In this document: in pieces, positions 49,342 to 60,238 of the stretch | Layout: the number at the start of each line of letters is the position of its first letter | Position numbering within the stretch: the first letter of the stretch is position 1 | Origin: Nitrososphaeria archaeon | GTDB taxonomy: Archaea > Thermoproteota > Nitrososphaeria > JACIWG01 | Direction of reading: 5' to 3' | Assembly: GCA_963752255.1 (NCBI GenBank) | Contig: CAVVXT010000003.1 | Span: 1-64,000 of the forward strand | DNA length: 64,000 nt | Position numbers and translations under genes: made by a program | Notes under the pieces: generated by a model | The model's input: the letters and a program-made list of their open reading frames with translations, nothing else | Told to the model about the DNA's origin: nothing | The model's database searches: none

Positions 49342-49713
49342 TCACTCCTTGGGCCCCTCTTTCCATAGTTTGATTAGTTCTTCTGCATCCTTTGCTATTT
49401 CTTTCATCTGCTTACCTGTTGTAATTTTTTCATCTGGGGTCGCTTTATATGGATCTGTTTTATTCAAGGCAGATGCGCGGAAGATGATTTTTAAAAACAG
49501 CGCTAACATTTCAGGAGGCATTACTTGAACTATTTTCTCAACATTTGCTTTATCGCTCAAAAACTCCGTCATGTTAGTGATCGTAATATTAGCTTTCTTC
49601 TCAACCTCTCCCATTTTGATAAGATAGTCTCCCATGGAATCTATGACTAAAGAAAAAGCCTCCAAAAATTCCCTAAAACCTTCGCTTGCCTCAAATTTGT
49701 TGATTTCTGCCAT
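49342..49713 (-). CDS. Helical hypothetical protein, first gene of the PIN operon
   Basis: 123 aa; TTTATATA box upstream. Confidence 0.7.
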   Translation of the reverse strand: MAEINKFEASEGFREFLEAFSLVIDSMGDYLIKMGEVEKKANITITNMTEFLSDKANVEKIVQVMPPEMLALFLKIIFRASALNKTDPYKATPDEKITTGKQMKEIAKDAEELIKLWKEGPKE

Positions 49714-50010
49714 ATCCTTCTTCTACTTAAATAAAGAATGTAAACAATATATAAATATTGTTCATACATAATTTTATTGGATAATGTCATTTCCGATTTA
49801 CAAAAAATCGTTGCAGAATCATAAAATAAAATTTACGCTTACGCGAAATCTTTTCATTTATCTAAATATTGTAGGAGTTATTAAACCCAAAGAACTATAA
49901 TTTCTTGGCTCTTCAACTTGAATGTGCTTCTTTTTATATATTATCGCGCCAATTTGGTGTTCTTGAAAAAAATTTTTTAAGATAGAGATCGACAACTCCG
50001 GTGACTCTAA

Positions 50011-50490
50011 TTGTTCGGCGTGACAATAATCAGGAATCCCAAGATAAGATTCAGAAATTTTACCGATTACTTCAAAGGGTTTGAAAAAGTTGAGGCTGTG
50101 AAAAAAATATTTGGTAACGACACAACAAAGGTCCTTGATAAATTAAAAGTTGAATTCTTCTCCTCAAGATTCTCATATATGGGTGTAAGTAATGAAGACG
50201 GGCATCTGATGGTAAGTACATACTATCTCAGTCACGGTAACGAGAGGGACATTTACCTAGATGTAATCCATGAACTAGTTCATGTTAGACAGTTTTTAGA
50301 AGGAAAAGAACTTTTCGACGACAGGTATGCATATGTTGATAGGCCAACAGAAATAGAAGCGTACAGCATTGCCGTCTTTGAAGCTAAAAGAATAGGATTG
50401 ACTAACATAGAAATTTTAGAATATCTTAAAACAGAGTGGATGAGTGAAAAAGATCTGTCAAAACTTTCTAATATTTTCAATCTTGCCTAA
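50011..50490 (+). CDS. HExxH zincin-like protein
   Basis: 'IHELVHVRQ...Y..RPTEIEAY'. Confidence 0.75.
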   Translation: MFGVTIIRNPKIRFRNFTDYFKGFEKVEAVKKIFGNDTTKVLDKLKVEFFSSRFSYMGVSNEDGHLMVSTYYLSHGNERDIYLDVIHELVHVRQFLEGKELFDDRYAYVDRPTEIEAYSIAVFEAKRIGLTNIEILEYLKTEWMSEKDLSKLSNIFNLA

Positions 50491-50668
50491 AATAAAGTCA
50501 AATTAATTTACTGCAGACATACCTACGCATTCTGGTATAAATAAATCAAATTTCCAATTTAAAAATTGTTAAAATTACCTATATGTGTTATAACCTAAAG
50601 CTATCAAACAAAAGCCTTAAATGAATATACTTTAGACTATACGCGATAGAAATCAAGGTTGAGAAATT

Positions 50669-51163
50669 TTGTCAGAAAATGTTCAAGGAAATAGACAGCC
50701 AGTAAATGCGAAAATAGGAGAATTGACGCCAAATTCGAGAGCGGTAAATGTCACGGCAAAGGTGATATCAAAGAGTGAAGTCAGAGATATTGCATCAGGT
50801 AGGGATGGTGCCCCACACAGAGTGTGTGATGCGCTAATAGGCGATGAGACAGGAGTCGTATTTTTAACTCTTTGGGACGACAACATAGAAAAAGTGAATG
50901 TAGATGCGACAATAAGCATAGGAAATGGCTACGTCAACCTCTTTAAGGGAAACATGCGGTTAAACATCGGTAGACTTGGCACATTGGAACCTGCTAAAGA
51001 ACCTTTTGCAGGTGAAGTTAAAACCGATAATAATATGTCGGATAAAGTCTACGAACAAGAATACCGTCCCTATAGGGGAGGAGGCCGCGGTGGATACGGC
51101 GGCGGAGGAGGTTACGGCGGCAGAGGATACGGCGGCGGCGGTTACAGGCAAAGAAGATACTAA
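50669..51163 (+). CDS. ssb: Single-OB-fold ssDNA-binding protein (crenarchaeal SSB/RPA type)
   Basis: 'VNV..KV', 'GDETG...LTLW', 'NGYV..F.G..RLNIG..G'; Gly/Arg/Tyr tail. Confidence 0.88.
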   Translation: MSENVQGNRQPVNAKIGELTPNSRAVNVTAKVISKSEVRDIASGRDGAPHRVCDALIGDETGVVFLTLWDDNIEKVNVDATISIGNGYVNLFKGNMRLNIGRLGTLEPAKEPFAGEVKTDNNMSDKVYEQEYRPYRGGGRGGYGGGGGYGGRGYGGGGYRQRRY

Positions 51164-51644
51164 TAATATCATCTTATTTTTCCCTATTTCTTTTTATGCT
51201 AATATTGCCATTTTAGCTTAAAGCTTAAGAAAAGTTTTTGTTACAATTAAATTGAAATTGCGAATGACTGGTTTAAACGCCATCTTTTATTAAGAGAAAT
51301 TTTACGATATTCATACTAGGCAAACGATATGTTTTCTATTCTACTTCCGCTATTTGTCTAAATAAATTTGGCACATCTTTCAGAGTCTTGGATTGAGGCT
51401 TCTTTAATGTTTCAATAATGAGTTTATCGGAGTTTCTTAAAGATTTTTAAGCACATGTCCATTTATTAAAGTCTTATTTTTTTAAAAGATTTTCAAGCGC
51501 CTTAGATTGAGCAAACCCCATTCCATCACTGTGCTCATAGCTAGCCAGAAGTTCAGGAGGTATTGTTGCGTAGGTAATAAGGCGTCTAAAGAGTGTCAAC
51601 TTTGGATTCTATGCTTTTCATATTTTATCTTTGGCACTTCCAGT

Positions 51645-52406
51645 TTATTGATTATGATATCCATTAAAGTTCCACTTTTCATTCTTATATTTTTCTACTA
51701 CTTTTTGGGCAAGGTTAATTTCAATTTTTTCAAGAGGGCTTTTCTCAAACTTCACATTTAATGCTCTTCCAAACCCTTTTATGAGGGCATCAATAACTTC
51801 TTCTTTAGTAACTTTTCGATTTAGCTCCCGCGAAATTGTTGTCACCCGGTCAAATATGGTATCTACACCATGCCTAGTCAACTTCCCTTTAGGCACTCTT
51901 AAAAGTTTACCTAACGTAAAAATATCGGTGTCATACAGGACTGTTCCATGTTGCAGAATAGCGTTTTTCCTTCTTATTTGCGCACTCCCTGATATCTTCC
52001 TACTATTTACAACGACGTCGTTGATTGGTTCAAATCTTGCTTGAAGCTTAAACTCTTTAAGCGCATATACTATACCGCTGCATATTTTCGCGAATGTCTC
52101 CTGTATGTCTAATGGCATGTCATCAATGCGGGCAACAATACTATATGTTATTTCACCTTTTTGATCGTGATATACAGCGCCACCTCCTGTAATTCTTCTC
52201 ACTACAGATATCATGTGTTTATCAGCAAATTCTCTATCAACTACCTCATCAATTTTTTGAGAATATCCGATAGTTATAGCACTTGGTGAGAAAACGTATA
52301 ATCTAAGAGTGTTTGGACTTTTTTCTTTCCCCTTTAGGTTTAAGATCGATTCATCAAGAGCCATGTTCTCCTCAGCAGTGCCTTCATTGACTATTAAGCG
52401 CCACAT
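51645..52406 (-). CDS. lplA: Lipoate-protein ligase A family
   Basis: 'NMALDE', 'RRITGGGAVYHD', 'ND....RKISGSAQ', 'QHGT'. Confidence 0.9.
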   Translation of the reverse strand: MWRLIVNEGTAEENMALDESILNLKGKEKSPNTLRLYVFSPSAITIGYSQKIDEVVDREFADKHMISVVRRITGGGAVYHDQKGEITYSIVARIDDMPLDIQETFAKICSGIVYALKEFKLQARFEPINDVVVNSRKISGSAQIRRKNAILQHGTVLYDTDIFTLGKLLRVPKGKLTRHGVDTIFDRVTTISRELNRKVTKEEVIDALIKGFGRALNVKFEKSPLEKIEINLAQKVVEKYKNEKWNFNGYHNQ

Positions 52407-52575
52407 GTGGCAGATAGAAATACGATCATGTTTAAACCTTTTCAGCGTATAATCCCACTTTCTTGCATATACTCTTTGAAGTACTGGAAAAGGAGATTCC
52501 TAAGATTTCGGAAATAGAGAAGATAGTTAAAGGACCCAAACAAAGAAAGCAAGAGATTGACTAATCCATACTTTT

Positions 52576-52959
52576 TTATTCTTCTTTCTTATAAGAACCT
52601 TCTTTCAAAAACTTTGCTAGTTGAGTAAATATAGGATTATTTTCTAATTTCTTTAACTTTATATGGCGAGAGCCACCGCTTTCCACAATTACCTCTGGTT
52701 TATAATTTGGGTAAAGAGCAAACTCAACAGCAGCGTAATGTAATATTCCTTTCAACTTATCCTCTATGATTTCTGGAGTATCAGGAAAAGGAGAACTTGA
52801 TAATATAACACCATCTACCCAATTTAATTCGGGAATAGTATATCCTGAACCTCTTGATAAAACTGCTTGAATAACAGATGCAAAAAATTCTTCAGGTTTA
52901 TCTTCTATTATTTCGTGAATAACTAATTCCTTCCAATGTTGATAAGTTATTTTAAACAT
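52576..52959 (-). CDS. Conserved archaeal hypothetical protein
   Basis: 'I.Y...KELVIHE' and 'L.WVDG'; TTTATAA box upstream. Confidence 0.7.
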   Translation of the reverse strand: MFKITYQHWKELVIHEIIEDKPEEFFASVIQAVLSRGSGYTIPELNWVDGVILSSSPFPDTPEIIEDKLKGILHYAAVEFALYPNYKPEVIVESGGSRHIKLKKLENNPIFTQLAKFLKEGSYKKEE

Positions 52960-53084
52960 ATTTTAAAAATTGTATAACCTTCTTATAAACTTTTATTATT
53001 AAATTTTCAGATAGTATGTTATTGACTACTTTCTATCTGAAAAAAAGTAAATCTATTTTTTATTTTAATGACGAATTTTGACTT

Positions 53085-53279
53085 TTATATGAGATTTAAC
53101 GTCTTTGCGCATGGTAGACAGTAATATTTTCTTGGACGGCTCTTTGGGACGATTGTTTCACCTATGTTGAAACTTCTTTGGCATTTGTAGCATTTTAGGC
53201 CATTTTCCTTTGCATAGTGGCGATGTGAAAGAAACGATATTTTTTTTGCTGTTAATTTGATCTTTTTAGTTCCTGTCAT
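53085..53279 (-). CDS. Small basic zinc-finger protein
   Basis: CYKC...F..G..IV....KYYC..CA. Confidence 0.65.
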   Translation of the reverse strand: MTGTKKIKLTAKKISFLSHRHYAKENGLKCYKCQRSFNIGETIVPKSRPRKYYCLPCAKTLNLI

Positions 53280-54036
53280 TTAGCTCAGAGATTTCGTAGA
53301 GAATGCTTTATCGCTGTACTTATACTTATAATGATAGTGATATTTTTTTAGTTTTGCGGTTACATTTTCTTAAGTCTAACTTTATGTTTTACGATTTCGT
53401 AAAACGTTTTAATAGTGTTCTATTATACCAGATTTGATGGATTTCGTAGTAAATCTTTCATATATAGTCGCAATAAGCTCTTTAATTAGCGTTATCCTTC
53501 TCTATAAGTGGCTGGAAATAGGGAAATGGAACAAACCACTACCTAGTAAGAGAAAGAAGCAAATTTTGATAAATTTTGCAGATATTTTACTAATTCACGC
53601 TTTGGAAATGTGAGCTAATAGTTTTGAATGCAACGATAATAGTACAAAAAGAATCAGAAATACACACAAATAGACGAAAAACTGCCGATTTAGACATTAA
53701 TGAAAGCAAAATCAGACGCACACACAAACACACCTCTATTAGGGGCGGAGATGCCTATCAAATTTGGTTTACCGGATCAGTTACAGTAGCAGTGTTCTAT
53801 TCTAAAGACTGTCTTATAGCCTATCAGACTATTCTAAGATCTTATTAGACTAGACTGGATTTTATTCAAAATAGTCTATCTTGTGCGTAAGCTATCTCTA
53901 TCTATCTGTTTCTTGGAATGTATTGATATGGTTAATATATCTTAATGTCAATAATAGCTCTTAAGTTGTGAATTATGGAAGAATATTCTTCCAAAAGTTA
54001 AAAATAGGCGTCGATGGATGTCTTTATAGATGGTAT

Positions 54037-55080
54037 ATGGTTAGAATGGAAGAGGAACCATTAAAACGATTATCTACATCAATCTTTAAGGCTGCTGGTG
54101 CTTCAAACCAAGAAGCTAAAGTTGTTTCAGAAATTCTGGTGGCAACAAGTCTACACGGTGTAGACTCACATGGTGTTCGATCAATACCCATGTATATTAA
54201 TTGGATTAAGGAAGGTCGTTTAAAAACAAAAGCCAAAATTAGGGTGCTAAAAGAAACTGAAACAACAGCTATGCTCGATGATGGTGGCGGCTTTGGTTTC
54301 GTTGCAGGAAAGAAAGCTATGGAGATGGCTATATCGAAGGCCAAGAAATATAAAATGGGCTCTGTGGGTGTTAAAGGGCCAGGACATATTGGAGCTTTAT
54401 ATTATTATTCCATGATGGCTGTTAAAAAGAATCTGATAGGAATCACGCTATGTAGAGGTGGTGGTCACGGTGCGGCACCGTACGGAGCTGTTGAAGGTCG
54501 ATTAGGAATCAATCCTTTATGTGTAGCGATTCCATCGATGAATGAAAAACCCATAGTATTGGACATGGCCACTACGGTTGTTGCAATGGGGCACCTTGAT
54601 GTCATGTCTGTCCGCGGACAAAAAATACCTGACGGATGGCTTATTAAAAAAGATGGTACCTGGTCAAATGATCCGACCGCTTTCAGAGATGGTGAAGCCG
54701 CGCCTGTGGATTTTGGATTCCCATATAGCGAATATAAAGGGTACGGTCTTAGCGTTATAGTAGAGGCACTAGCGGGGGGGATAGGTTCTGGATGCAGCCT
54801 TGATGAAAAAGGTTTCGGTCATGTATTCACCGCGATTGATCCAGCGGGTTACTGTCAAATAGGAGAATTCAAAAAACGTATAGACTCGATGATCAGGCAC
54901 ATAAAGTCTGCAGAAAAAAGACCTGGTTTTAAAGATATACTTTTACCGGGCGAACCTGAATGGAATGAAGAGGAACGCAGAAAGAAAGAGGGAATACTTG
55001 TTGATGACATCTTTTGGGCTGATATAGTGAAAGTAGCAAAGGAGCTTAATGTCGACGTGGAAAGAGTGATAAAAGGATAG
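54037..55080 (+). CDS. Ldh_2 family dehydrogenase (malate/L-lactate/sulfolactate type)
   Basis: 'GVDSHG', 'H.GA', 'G.NP', 'DMAT', 'YKGYGL', 'PGE.E'. Confidence 0.9.
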   Translation: MVRMEEEPLKRLSTSIFKAAGASNQEAKVVSEILVATSLHGVDSHGVRSIPMYINWIKEGRLKTKAKIRVLKETETTAMLDDGGGFGFVAGKKAMEMAISKAKKYKMGSVGVKGPGHIGALYYYSMMAVKKNLIGITLCRGGGHGAAPYGAVEGRLGINPLCVAIPSMNEKPIVLDMATTVVAMGHLDVMSVRGQKIPDGWLIKKDGTWSNDPTAFRDGEAAPVDFGFPYSEYKGYGLSVIVEALAGGIGSGCSLDEKGFGHVFTAIDPAGYCQIGEFKKRIDSMIRHIKSAEKRPGFKDILLPGEPEWNEEERRKKEGILVDDIFWADIVKVAKELNVDVERVIKG

Positions 55081-55145
55081 ATTGTAAATAATACTATACT
55101 ATTTTTAGCCTATATACTTGAATTGTCTTATATTTAGAAGGATGC

Positions 55146-57215
55146 TTATTCGAACTTTAAATTTCTCAGCGTCAGAGAGTTTGTTACTACTGTAACAGAG
55201 CTGAGGCCCATTGCTAAACCTGCCAGTATTGGATTAAGAAAACCCAGTGCTGCAACCGGAATCAGGACGATATTGTATATAAAAGCCCAGAAGAGATTCT
55301 GTCTTATCTTTGACATCGTCTTTCTACTAAGTTGTATTGCGTGGGGTACATCACGAAGATCATCTTTTATTAAGATGATTCCACCTGTCTCTATCGCAAC
55401 ATCTGTTCCGCTTCCGATCGCTATTCCGATATCTGCTTCCGCAAGTGCTGGAGCGTCATTTATTCCATCACCAACCATGGCAACTACTTTCCCCTCTTTC
55501 CTTAACTCTCTTATAACATTCGCTTTATCCTTTGGAAGCACTTCAGGAATAACTTTCTCTATTCCTAATCTTTTTGCAATTGCGTCTGCAGTTCTTTTAT
55601 TGTCACCTGTGAGCATAATTACTTCCAATCCCTTATCTTTGAGCATCTTAATTGCTTGTTCAGCTTCTTTCTTTAATACATCTGAAAAACCTATTACTCC
55701 GATAATTTGCCTACCTGATGAAACGATCATTGCGGTTTTACCGTTGCTTTCCAGATCGTTAAGCCTCTCTTCCATTGGACCTAATTCAATGTTCATCTGT
55801 TCAAACAGTTTCTTGTTTCCTAAAACAATTTCTTTGCCTTCGACTTCTGCCCTTATTCCAAGACCCGGTAAAGCTTCAAAACCATATACATCAGCAAACT
55901 TAATGCCTTCTTCCTTAGCTTTTCTGACTAATGCCTCTCCTAAAGGATGCTCTGAATTGGATTCAACGGAAGCTGAAAGGAAAAGAATTTCTCCAGGAGT
56001 GTACGTAGCTATTGAGACGATATCTGTTACTTCAAGTTTTCCTTCAGTAAGCGTCCCCGTTTTATCAAAAACAACAGTTTTCAGCTTGTAAGCATTCTCA
56101 AGGTATTCTCCTCCCTTTATCAATATTCCCTGTTCTGCACCTTTTCCGGTACCTACGACTATCGCGGCCGGAGTTGCGAGGCCCAGCGCACAGGGGCAGG
56201 CGATAACTAGTACGGCTATTAATGTAGAAAAAGAGAATGCGAATGACCTACCGAGCAGCAGATACCATCCCAAAAAAGAAATCAAAGCTACGCTAACAAC
56301 TAATGGTACAAAATATGATGCTACAACGTTAACTAACCTTTCTATTGGCGCCCGTGCTATCTGCGCTTCTTCAACAAGCTTTACTATCTGAGCTAGTGTC
56401 GTATAGGTACCTATCTTTGTTGCTTTAACCCTTAAAACACCAGTTTTGTTTATTGTTGCACCTATCACTTGGTCGCCTTTCTTCTTCTCAATCGGAACAC
56501 TTTCTCCTGTTATCATTTTTTCATCTACAGAAGAATAACCTTCAAGCACAACACCGTCCGTTGGAATCCTTTCTCCAGGTTTGATTATCATAACGTTCCC
56601 GACTTCAATATTTTCAACTGGTACATCCATCTCACTTCCATCTTTGGATATATGTGCCATCCTAGGCTGTAGATCCATAAGTTTTCTAACGGCGTCTGAC
56701 GCTTTTCCTTTTACAATATATTCAAAGTACTTTCCAGTCAAAATAAAGGCAATTATTAGAGTTGAGGCATCATAATAAGTTGCTTCAGGAAACTTTGGTA
56801 AAGGCAGATAGACTTGGAAGGTCACTAAGGCACTGTAAAAATATGCTGCGGAGGTTCCTGTAGCAATCAGAGTATCCATGTTTGCTGATCTTGCTCTTAG
56901 TGAATGATAAAACCCTCTATAGAACCTCCCACCGGCGATAAATTGCACAGGTGTCGCAAGTATGAATTGGATTAAATTACTTAAGTTTGTGTTTAAAAAT
57001 GATGTATAGCTTAATATGAATATCGGTACACCAAGAGAGAAGGATAAAATTACGAGAAACTTCATGTTCCTCATTTCTTTTTCAGGCTGAAGGAAGGTAT
57101 TCATGCAAGTTTGGCTGCAAAAATAATATGCTGTTCCTCTGACCGTGACCTTTAATGCGTTTTCGTTTTCTTCAACATACATTCCACATACTGGATCCTT
57201 CGCCATCTGGTTCAT
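55146..57215 (-). CDS. copA: Cu(I)-translocating P1B-ATPase with N-terminal YHS domain
   Basis: 'DPVCGM..YFCS..C', TGES, CPC, DKTGT, HP, GDGIND, YN..P, MxxSS. Confidence 0.93.
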   Translation of the reverse strand: MNQMAKDPVCGMYVEENENALKVTVRGTAYYFCSQTCMNTFLQPEKEMRNMKFLVILSFSLGVPIFILSYTSFLNTNLSNLIQFILATPVQFIAGGRFYRGFYHSLRARSANMDTLIATGTSAAYFYSALVTFQVYLPLPKFPEATYYDASTLIIAFILTGKYFEYIVKGKASDAVRKLMDLQPRMAHISKDGSEMDVPVENIEVGNVMIIKPGERIPTDGVVLEGYSSVDEKMITGESVPIEKKKGDQVIGATINKTGVLRVKATKIGTYTTLAQIVKLVEEAQIARAPIERLVNVVASYFVPLVVSVALISFLGWYLLLGRSFAFSFSTLIAVLVIACPCALGLATPAAIVVGTGKGAEQGILIKGGEYLENAYKLKTVVFDKTGTLTEGKLEVTDIVSIATYTPGEILFLSASVESNSEHPLGEALVRKAKEEGIKFADVYGFEALPGLGIRAEVEGKEIVLGNKKLFEQMNIELGPMEERLNDLESNGKTAMIVSSGRQIIGVIGFSDVLKKEAEQAIKMLKDKGLEVIMLTGDNKRTADAIAKRLGIEKVIPEVLPKDKANVIRELRKEGKVVAMVGDGINDAPALAEADIGIAIGSGTDVAIETGGIILIKDDLRDVPHAIQLSRKTMSKIRQNLFWAFIYNIVLIPVAALGFLNPILAGLAMGLSSVTVVTNSLTLRNLKFE

Positions 57216-57404
57216 TGTTTAGGTTTCTCTTTATAAAAGGCTTTATTAGCATCTTTATCTCGTTATAAAAGATACTTATTAAAAGGATGCAACGACTGAA
57301 GCCTGAAGTAAAGTTTTTTCTTTAAGGTAACAATATTCTGTGGACATCAATAATAACAAATATTTTTAAAAAGCATCATTCTACCCTTAATCCGTGATAA
57401 AATA

Positions 57405-59339
57405 TTGTCTGAAACATCGTTACCATTTCATATGAAGTTCGAACCCGGAAAGATCAGAAACGAAGAGTGGGAGAGATCGATTAAGGATCCCGAAAAGTAC
57501 TGGGATGAAAAAGCACGATCCCTTGACTGGTTCAAGACTTGGGACAAAGTTCTTGACGATTCTAATAAACCATTTTACAAATGGTTTGTCAACGGTAAGA
57601 TCAACGCAAGCTATAATTGTTTGGATAGGCATGTAAACTCAGAAAAAAAGAACAAGGCTGCATATATATGGGAAGGGGAAAACGGAGAAGTTAGAACCAT
57701 AACTTATAATCAACTATATCACGAAGTGAACAGGTTTGCTAAAGTATTACAGGACTTCGGTATAAAGAAGGGTGATAGAATTGCATTGTATCTTCCAATG
57801 ATTCCCGAGCTTCCAGTAGCCATGCTTGCGGCCGCAAGACTAGGTGCCCCACATGTTGTGATCTTCTCTGGTTTCAGTGCGGATGCTCTAGCCGACAGAA
57901 TCAACAACGCAGGAGCAAAGGTGCTCGTTACAGCAGACGGCAGCCTTAGAAGAGGAAAGGTGGTTGAATTAAAGAAAATTGCAGATCAAGCTCTTGAAAA
58001 AAGTCCAACAGTCGAAAAAATGGTGGTTGTAAAATATGCTGGACAGCAGGTTAACATGAGAGAAGGAAGAGACTTCTGGTACACCGATGTGGTTAACAAC
58101 GTAGAGCCCAATATATTCGTAAGTCCTGAACAACTAGAATCAAGTGATCCTCTATTCTTACTTTACACTTCTGGGACAACTGGTAAACCTAAGGGTGTTC
58201 AGCACGGTACTGGAGGATACCTCGTTTGGATCTACTGGACGCTTAAGTGGGCTTTCAATCCTAAAGACACTGATATCTGGTGGTGTACGGCCGACATTGG
58301 CTGGATTACAGGGCACAGTTACGTCGTGTATGCGCCTTTGATGATTGGGGCAACTACATACATGTTTGACGGGGCTCCTGACTATCCTCAACCTGATAGA
58401 TGGTGGAGTACAGTAGAAAAACAAGGTATTACTATACTCTATACGTCCCCTACTGTGGTTAGAATGTTTATGAAATTCGGAGATGAATGGGTGATGAAGC
58501 ATGATGTAACAAGTCTACGCATTCTTGGAACCGTCGGTGAACCAATTAACCCAGAAGCTTGGCTCTGGTACTACAGAGTTCTAGGAAAAGAGAAACTACC
58601 TATTATAGACACATGGTGGCAGACAGAAACCGGAGGTTTCATGATATCGCCTGCGATAGGAATAGAACTCGTGCCTCTTAAGCCAGGTTCGGCAACATTC
58701 CCGTTACCAGGAATTTTAGCTGAAGTGTACAATGATGACGGCCAGCAAGCTCCGACAGGAGAAAGAGGCTACTTGGTAATTAAAACTCCTTGGCCTGGAA
58801 TGTTGCAGACTCTTTGGCAGGACCCCGAAAGATATAAAATGGTCTACTTTGGACGATTTGGGGGAATATATTATTCAAGTGACTACGCTATAAAAGATCC
58901 TGAAGGATACATCTGGTTCTTAGGAAGAGCTGACGAGGTTCTGAAAGTCGCCGGGCACAGGATAGGGACTGTAGAAATAGAAAGCGCGTTAGTGTCTCAT
59001 CCATCTATTGCGGAGGCGGCGGTCATAGGAAGGTCTGACGAAATAAAAGGCGAGGTACCAGTCGCATTTGTCGTGCTTAGGAAAGACTTCACTGCATCAG
59101 ACAGTCTTAAGGCAGAAGTTTTAAAACACGTCAGGACAACCATAGGCCCGATAGCAGTACCAGCTGACATAATCTTCGTCAATAAACTGCCTAAAACTAG
59201 GAGTGGAAAGATAATGAGGCGTCTTCTAAAATCTATTGTAGGTGGAGCTACGTTAGGTGATATATCTACACTTGAAGACGGAGCCTCCGTCGAGGAAGTC
59301 AAGAAGGCTATAGAAGAAATGGGAAGCCATATAGGGTAA
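57405..59339 (+). CDS. acs: Acetyl-CoA synthetase (AMP-forming)
   Basis: 'YTSGTTGKPKG', 'VGEPI', 'DTWWQTETG', 'PKTRSGKIMRR'. Confidence 0.95.
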   Translation: MSETSLPFHMKFEPGKIRNEEWERSIKDPEKYWDEKARSLDWFKTWDKVLDDSNKPFYKWFVNGKINASYNCLDRHVNSEKKNKAAYIWEGENGEVRTITYNQLYHEVNRFAKVLQDFGIKKGDRIALYLPMIPELPVAMLAAARLGAPHVVIFSGFSADALADRINNAGAKVLVTADGSLRRGKVVELKKIADQALEKSPTVEKMVVVKYAGQQVNMREGRDFWYTDVVNNVEPNIFVSPEQLESSDPLFLLYTSGTTGKPKGVQHGTGGYLVWIYWTLKWAFNPKDTDIWWCTADIGWITGHSYVVYAPLMIGATTYMFDGAPDYPQPDRWWSTVEKQGITILYTSPTVVRMFMKFGDEWVMKHDVTSLRILGTVGEPINPEAWLWYYRVLGKEKLPIIDTWWQTETGGFMISPAIGIELVPLKPGSATFPLPGILAEVYNDDGQQAPTGERGYLVIKTPWPGMLQTLWQDPERYKMVYFGRFGGIYYSSDYAIKDPEGYIWFLGRADEVLKVAGHRIGTVEIESALVSHPSIAEAAVIGRSDEIKGEVPVAFVVLRKDFTASDSLKAEVLKHVRTTIGPIAVPADIIFVNKLPKTRSGKIMRRLLKSIVGGATLGDISTLEDGASVEEVKKAIEEMGSHIG

Positions 59340-59466
59340 ACCCCTATTTCTTTTTACTACTCTTCATTTCAATTCCTTTTTAGGCAATTATTAATGATTA
59401 TAGAAAATAATTCCATCTTAGCTACTTCATTTTGTTTGAATCCTACTCTATTTTTTTGCTATTCCA

Positions 59467-59798
59467 TGGTAGACTTCATCAGACGAAAGAAAGATGATGT
59501 GTTCAAGCTGTTACTCGATATAGAGAGAAAAGGCAAATTAGCTGAGGCCATGACCTATGGTTCTCAGGTTCTACCTTTTGTTTATGGACAAGATTTACTC
59601 CAGAAACTTGAGGGTGCTTTGGATTCGGAACCTAAAAATGTTGCAGACATCCTTTCTACTAATGCAAAGGAACTTTACGAAATTAATGGTCGGAAATTCA
59701 AAGAACTTCTTTACAGACTTCTAGATCATAAAAATGAAGATGTTCGCATGTTTGCTGCCAAGGCAATAAAAGAAACTGCTGATACCCTTAGGCCATGA
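59467..59798 (+). CDS. Hypothetical protein with C-terminal HEAT-like repeat
   Basis: 'LL.H.NEDVR..AA.AI'. Confidence 0.55.
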
Positions 59799-60238
59799 AT
59801 GACATGACTGTGAAGATCGGGAAGTTAATGAGAGAAGATCCGGAGGAGGTCGCTAAGACGATTATGATCACGACCCCTGGGCCCGAAAGCGGATAGGTAT
59901 AAACCACCTTTACAAATTAGGTAATCTTTTCAGAATTTGGACGTTTTTTGACGTTTCATGATTCTGGCGTATAGTTTATACGCCGGATTTGTTTCATGAC
60001 CGATATCAAGCTTGATATCTGAGAATTTATAGGTTTAGGGTAAAGTTAGGGTGTCGACGAGGAGAGCCAAGGAGGTACTTAGGTTAGATCCTTTTTTTTT
60101 CAAACGTGTATCCTCTAATGTTCCCTTTGTCTATTTTGATGTATGTTGGTATGGCGATGTATTCTTCTTTGAGATGTCTGCTTATGATCTTGGCTGTCGT
60201 GTGCGCTCCGATTTTCTTGTAGGATTCACGCAGCTCCG

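Noticed and set aside
51495-51590. Riboswitch or SECIS-like hairpin downstream of lplA
   Set aside because: Short stems (CGCCTTA/TAAGGCG, GAGCA/TGCTC) exist but there is no recognisable consensus and no credible UGA-containing ORF
55273-56091. Long antisense ORFs (also 6398-6952, 21401-21940 and others)
   Set aside because: Shadows of well-supported genes on the opposite strand with no motifs of their own
59805-59896. 30-aa ORF MTVKIGKLMREDPEEVAK...
   Set aside because: Possibly a gene remnant; too short to assign and lacks expression signals
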